A stretch of DNA of 64,000 nucleotides, from the NCBI GenBank assembly GCA_965207375.1, contig OZ242274.1, positions 672,001 through 736,000 of the forward strand, in the 5' to 3' direction. A program made the translations under genes and the position numbers. The DNA is from Nitrosopumilaceae archaeon (GTDB lineage: Archaea > Thermoproteota > Nitrososphaeria > Nitrososphaerales > Nitrosopumilaceae). Shown here one piece after another: positions 61,100 to 64,000 of the stretch (the stretch's first letter is position 1; every line of letters starts with the position of its first letter). Below the pieces are notes generated by a model, which was not told where the DNA came from, ran no database searches, and saw only the letters and a list, made by a program, of their open reading frames with translations.

Positions 61100-62473
61100 T
61101 TATAGGTATCCAAGTTTTTTTAATTCATCTTCTACTTTTTTACGTTCGTCATCGTCTAGTATCGAATGAGAATTAGTTTTTTCATCAAGGTATTTTTGCA
61201 AGATTCCTTCCATTTCAGAAACGAGTTCCTTGTTTGAAGACGAAATATCATATTCTTCTAGGGGATCATTGATCAAGTCAAATAGTTGACAGTTTCTTAT
61301 ATCATCATTATCTCTAAAATATTTGAAACGCTCTGTCCTTATTCCGGCTGACTGTTTTTCTGCCTTGGAAATATGAGGCATACTTTGAATATACAGAGGT
61401 TTTTTGTCTATCCCATGTCCTGAAAACAGAGGAATCAAACTAGTTCCATCAATTTTGGAGTTTAAAGGTTCTAGGCCCAAAATCTCTGTAATTGTGGGCA
61501 TAATGTCAATTAATCCTATTTGCCGAGATATTATTTTGTGTTCAGAGATTCCAGAACCGCTCATAATCAGAGGTACTTTGAGAACATCATCAAAGACATG
61601 GCTTCCTGCACTCATTCTAGAACCGGTCAAAACGCGTTTCTGATATCTTGATAACTGTAAATTCTTGATCTTTTTTTCTCTGTTTAATTCTCTAATTTTG
61701 TGTAAAATGGATGAAATCCTTCTTTTTGGGCCATACAAAGATGGTGGAATTTTATTGCCCATCTTCCAGAGCAGCTGCTCTTCGGCATCTGATTCCAAAT
61801 TGACATACTTGCCGTTGATCTTCATTGAACGGACGTATTCTCCATGATCTGCAGAAAGTACTATGATAGTTTTCTTTTTGTCAATTTGAGTTAAAAATTT
61901 TCCAATCCAGATGTCAATTGCAGAAACCATTCTTTCATAGTCTGTTTGGCCAAATTTTTCTTTATCAAAATCTTTTGGGACTATTATGGGCTGATGTAAA
62001 TCGTTAATATGAATATAAAAAAACCAAGGTTCTTTGATTGATGATTGTAGTTTTTTTAGAATTTTTTCTCCCAAACCATCAAACAGGCTATAATAATTAT
62101 TATGACCTGATGATTCGAGTTTTAATTCAAAGTCATCATCTAGTCCTAGAATTGATCCGACACCTGATGTTGCAGCAAAAGTAAGATATCCATGATTTTT
62201 AAAATGTTCAATATAGGTAGGAATAGACGAATCTAACTTTTCATATCTTGCATCACTCATACCTATTCTGAATGGAAATTTTCCGGTAAACATACTGCTT
62301 ATCGAGGGAGTGGTGGATGCTACACAGCTAATTGTTTGGGGAAAAAAGATTCCGGTTTCTATCAAAGAGTCAATATTTGGCGTCAATGATGTTTTTGTGT
62401 CCCCAAAACACATGTCAGAACGAAAAGAGTCAATCAATAAAAAAAAGACATTTTGTTTCATTACCATTCCCAT
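61100..62473 (-). CDS. Alkaline-phosphatase-superfamily (sulfatase-like) hydrolase/transferase
   Basis: IDSFRSD, STTPS..SMFTG, DLH.P, ADHGE, LFDL..DP.E, LKKLGYL. Confidence 0.85.
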   Translation of the reverse strand: MGMVMKQNVFFLLIDSFRSDMCFGDTKTSLTPNIDSLIETGIFFPQTISCVASTTPSISSMFTGKFPFRIGMSDARYEKLDSSIPTYIEHFKNHGYLTFAATSGVGSILGLDDDFELKLESSGHNNYYSLFDGLGEKILKKLQSSIKEPWFFYIHINDLHQPIIVPKDFDKEKFGQTDYERMVSAIDIWIGKFLTQIDKKKTIIVLSADHGEYVRSMKINGKYVNLESDAEEQLLWKMGNKIPPSLYGPKRRISSILHKIRELNREKKIKNLQLSRYQKRVLTGSRMSAGSHVFDDVLKVPLIMSGSGISEHKIISRQIGLIDIMPTITEILGLEPLNSKIDGTSLIPLFSGHGIDKKPLYIQSMPHISKAEKQSAGIRTERFKYFRDNDDIRNCQLFDLINDPLEEYDISSSNKELVSEMEGILQKYLDEKTNSHSILDDDERKKVEDELKKLGYL

Positions 62474-62567
62474 TTGAGAGAGGATTAAAAATCATTTCAA
62501 ACTGCTGATTTGTAATCTTTGTTCCAATAAGGAAATCAGATTATAAGAATAGCTCTACAGATTTCTG

Positions 62568-62651
62568 GGAAGAGGCCAGATTTACTGTTCTTATATTTCA
62601 AATTCTAGGCACGGTTCACGTAAACTCGTCATGCAGGACCTTGCCTCTTAC
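62568..62651. mobile_element. 84-bp MITE (GTAAGAGGC-end family), copy C
   Basis: GGAAGAGGC...GCCTCTTAC; near-perfect 8-bp TSD GATTTCTG/GATCTCTG. Confidence 0.8.
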
Positions 62652-62846
62652 GATCTCTGAGTAGGGATAAAGCCTAAGAAACATATCATGTTTTTGGTAA
62701 TTATACACGTCACACCTAGATTTGTCCTATTCTTTGGCGACATTACAAATTTGTGTACAAAATCACTATTGATTTCAAAACAACGCCAACTGTTGAACAA
62801 TTCAACTAAAGATCACGCTACAAAAAATCTATATCAAATTTTTTAT

Positions 62847-64000
62847 TTAATTGTACAATTCAATTAGTCCTCTGTCAATTTTATAGATTTTGACATTTAA
62901 TTTGACAAAGCCGTTTTCTGTAGAATCAAACACCTTTTCTAAATATGTAAAGTTGGACTCATTTTGAAAAATTTCCTCAAAAACTAGATACCTATTGTCT
63001 TTGATGTCATCAACTATTAAGAAATCAATGTTTCTGTTTGTGATATATTGTATTAATTTTTCCTCAGAATCCAATGGAAATTCTGAAACTACCAATCCAA
63101 TTTTTTCATTTGAGACATTATCAGCCTCATCTTCAATGCCAATTACCGGTGGCACAACATGAAATGATAAAATTCCGTATTGATCTCCCATAAACCTTCC
63201 TTCAAAATTATTTATGACAAATTGTGCAAATTTAGATTTCTCATCTAGTTCCTCTGCATCTTCTATCTGATATATGAGAAATCCCATAGATAAAATCATA
63301 AATGAAATTAATGTGATAGTTATAATGATTTTTTTGTGATTTTTGTTTTGAAAAATCATCTTCATTCCTATTGTTGACGTAATGGCAAATAATGGTACAA
63401 GTAAAATGAGATTTCGAAAATCTGCAGAGACAGTATAAGCTAGCAGGTTAACTATCCAGGTAATTGATATTGAAATAAAAATTATCTTGTTTGAAATTCC
63501 AAAATTTTTAAACAAAGCAAAAAATCCTACAATTCCAAAAATGGCCAAAATCGGCAGCAAAATCCTACCGGTGTGAAGAATCTCCCTAAATAATGCAGTC
63601 TCTATTTTGCTACTATCTCCTGTACCGTCAAAGGTTGCAGTAGTTTCATTTTCAGAATTTAAAAGATTAATAACGCTTAGAACATGCCTAATGAAAGGTG
63701 CTTCTTCATCTTCAAAGGATAGAATTAGTTCAGGAAATGAAACAGCAAGAAAAATTAAGGTTCCAATTATCAAAATTAAAATCATGTTTGTTTTTCTTTG
63801 GATTTTTATTGAATATGCAACAAACACTATGAGAAAAATGATAGAGCCTCGCCAATCAGTAAGAAACGAAAGTCCTGCAAAAACAAATGTTAACCAAAAC
63901 AGCTTGTCGTTTTTTTGAACCAAAAAGAATATCGAGCTCAATCCTATCATTAAAAACAATGGCTCCCTTATTCCATATGATGAATTTGCAATAATGTTGG
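62847..64000 (-). CDS. Multi-TM GT-C-like (PMT/ArnT-type) glycosyltransferase, 5' end outside the window
   Basis: Frame is open to the window edge (...GIREPLFL...); many TM helices; R.L..L.P motif; soluble C-terminal domain. Confidence 0.65.
   Translation of the reverse strand, partial: NIIANSSYGIREPLFLMIGLSSIFFLVQKNDKLFWLTFVFAGLSFLTDWRGSIIFLIVFVAYSIKIQRKTNMILILIIGTLIFLAVSFPELILSFEDEEAPFIRHVLSVINLLNSENETTATFDGTGDSSKIETALFREILHTGRILLPILAIFGIVGFFALFKNFGISNKIIFISISITWIVNLLAYTVSADFRNLILLVPLFAITSTIGMKMIFQNKNHKKIIITITLISFMILSMGFLIYQIEDAEELDEKSKFAQFVINNFEGRFMGDQYGILSFHVVPPVIGIEDEADNVSNEKIGLVVSEFPLDSEEKLIQYITNRNIDFLIVDDIKDNRYLVFEEIFQNESNFTYLEKVFDSTENGFVKLNVKIYKIDRGLIELYN

Noticed and set aside
55841-62473. 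True formylglycine-dependent sulfatases; PEP synthase
   Set aside because: No C/S-x-P-x-R motif in either sulfatase-like protein. The PPDK-like protein lacks a pyruvate-binding barrel and has Cj1418-type motifs and neighbours.
1-64000. CRISPR array or cas genes
   Set aside because: No regularly spaced repeat-spacer series seen. The dispersed repeats have TIR/TSD structure of MITEs.

Overview
Archaeal chromosome fragment, most consistent with an ammonia-oxidising thaumarchaeote (Nitrosopumilaceae-like). The evidence is GatDE, CDC48, uL2, pelota, archaeal SRP RNA, tetraether synthase Tes and a PEF-CTERM protein. Positions 1-14.3 kb and 22.9-26.2 kb are mostly housekeeping and include tRNA-Leu(CAG), SRP RNA and a box C/D guide sRNA. 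A DUF3800 gene followed by a candidate structured RNA sits next to the tRNA. Positions 14.3-22.9 kb are an insertion hotspot: duplicated yjbQ 3' end, duplicated hicBA, a RelE-like pair, an IS5 nested in an IS66, and an IS6 with ~66-bp IRs. Positions 26.3-30.5 kb hold a RelE TA pair, a secreted S1 protease and a PEF-CTERM protein. Positions 30.6-64 kb are a mosaic surface-glycan island with two nonulosonic-acid (NeuB) modules. It also carries a very AT-rich Campylobacter-type phosphoramidate trio (Cj1418/1417/1416-like) flanked by two Thr-nucleophile alkaline-phosphatase-superfamily genes, which is the best candidate for a new system here. At least four MITE families can be resolved, three matching IS ends present in the window, and many element ends share a CGTGCCTA motif. 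All protein calls come from motif recognition by eye; no database search was run.
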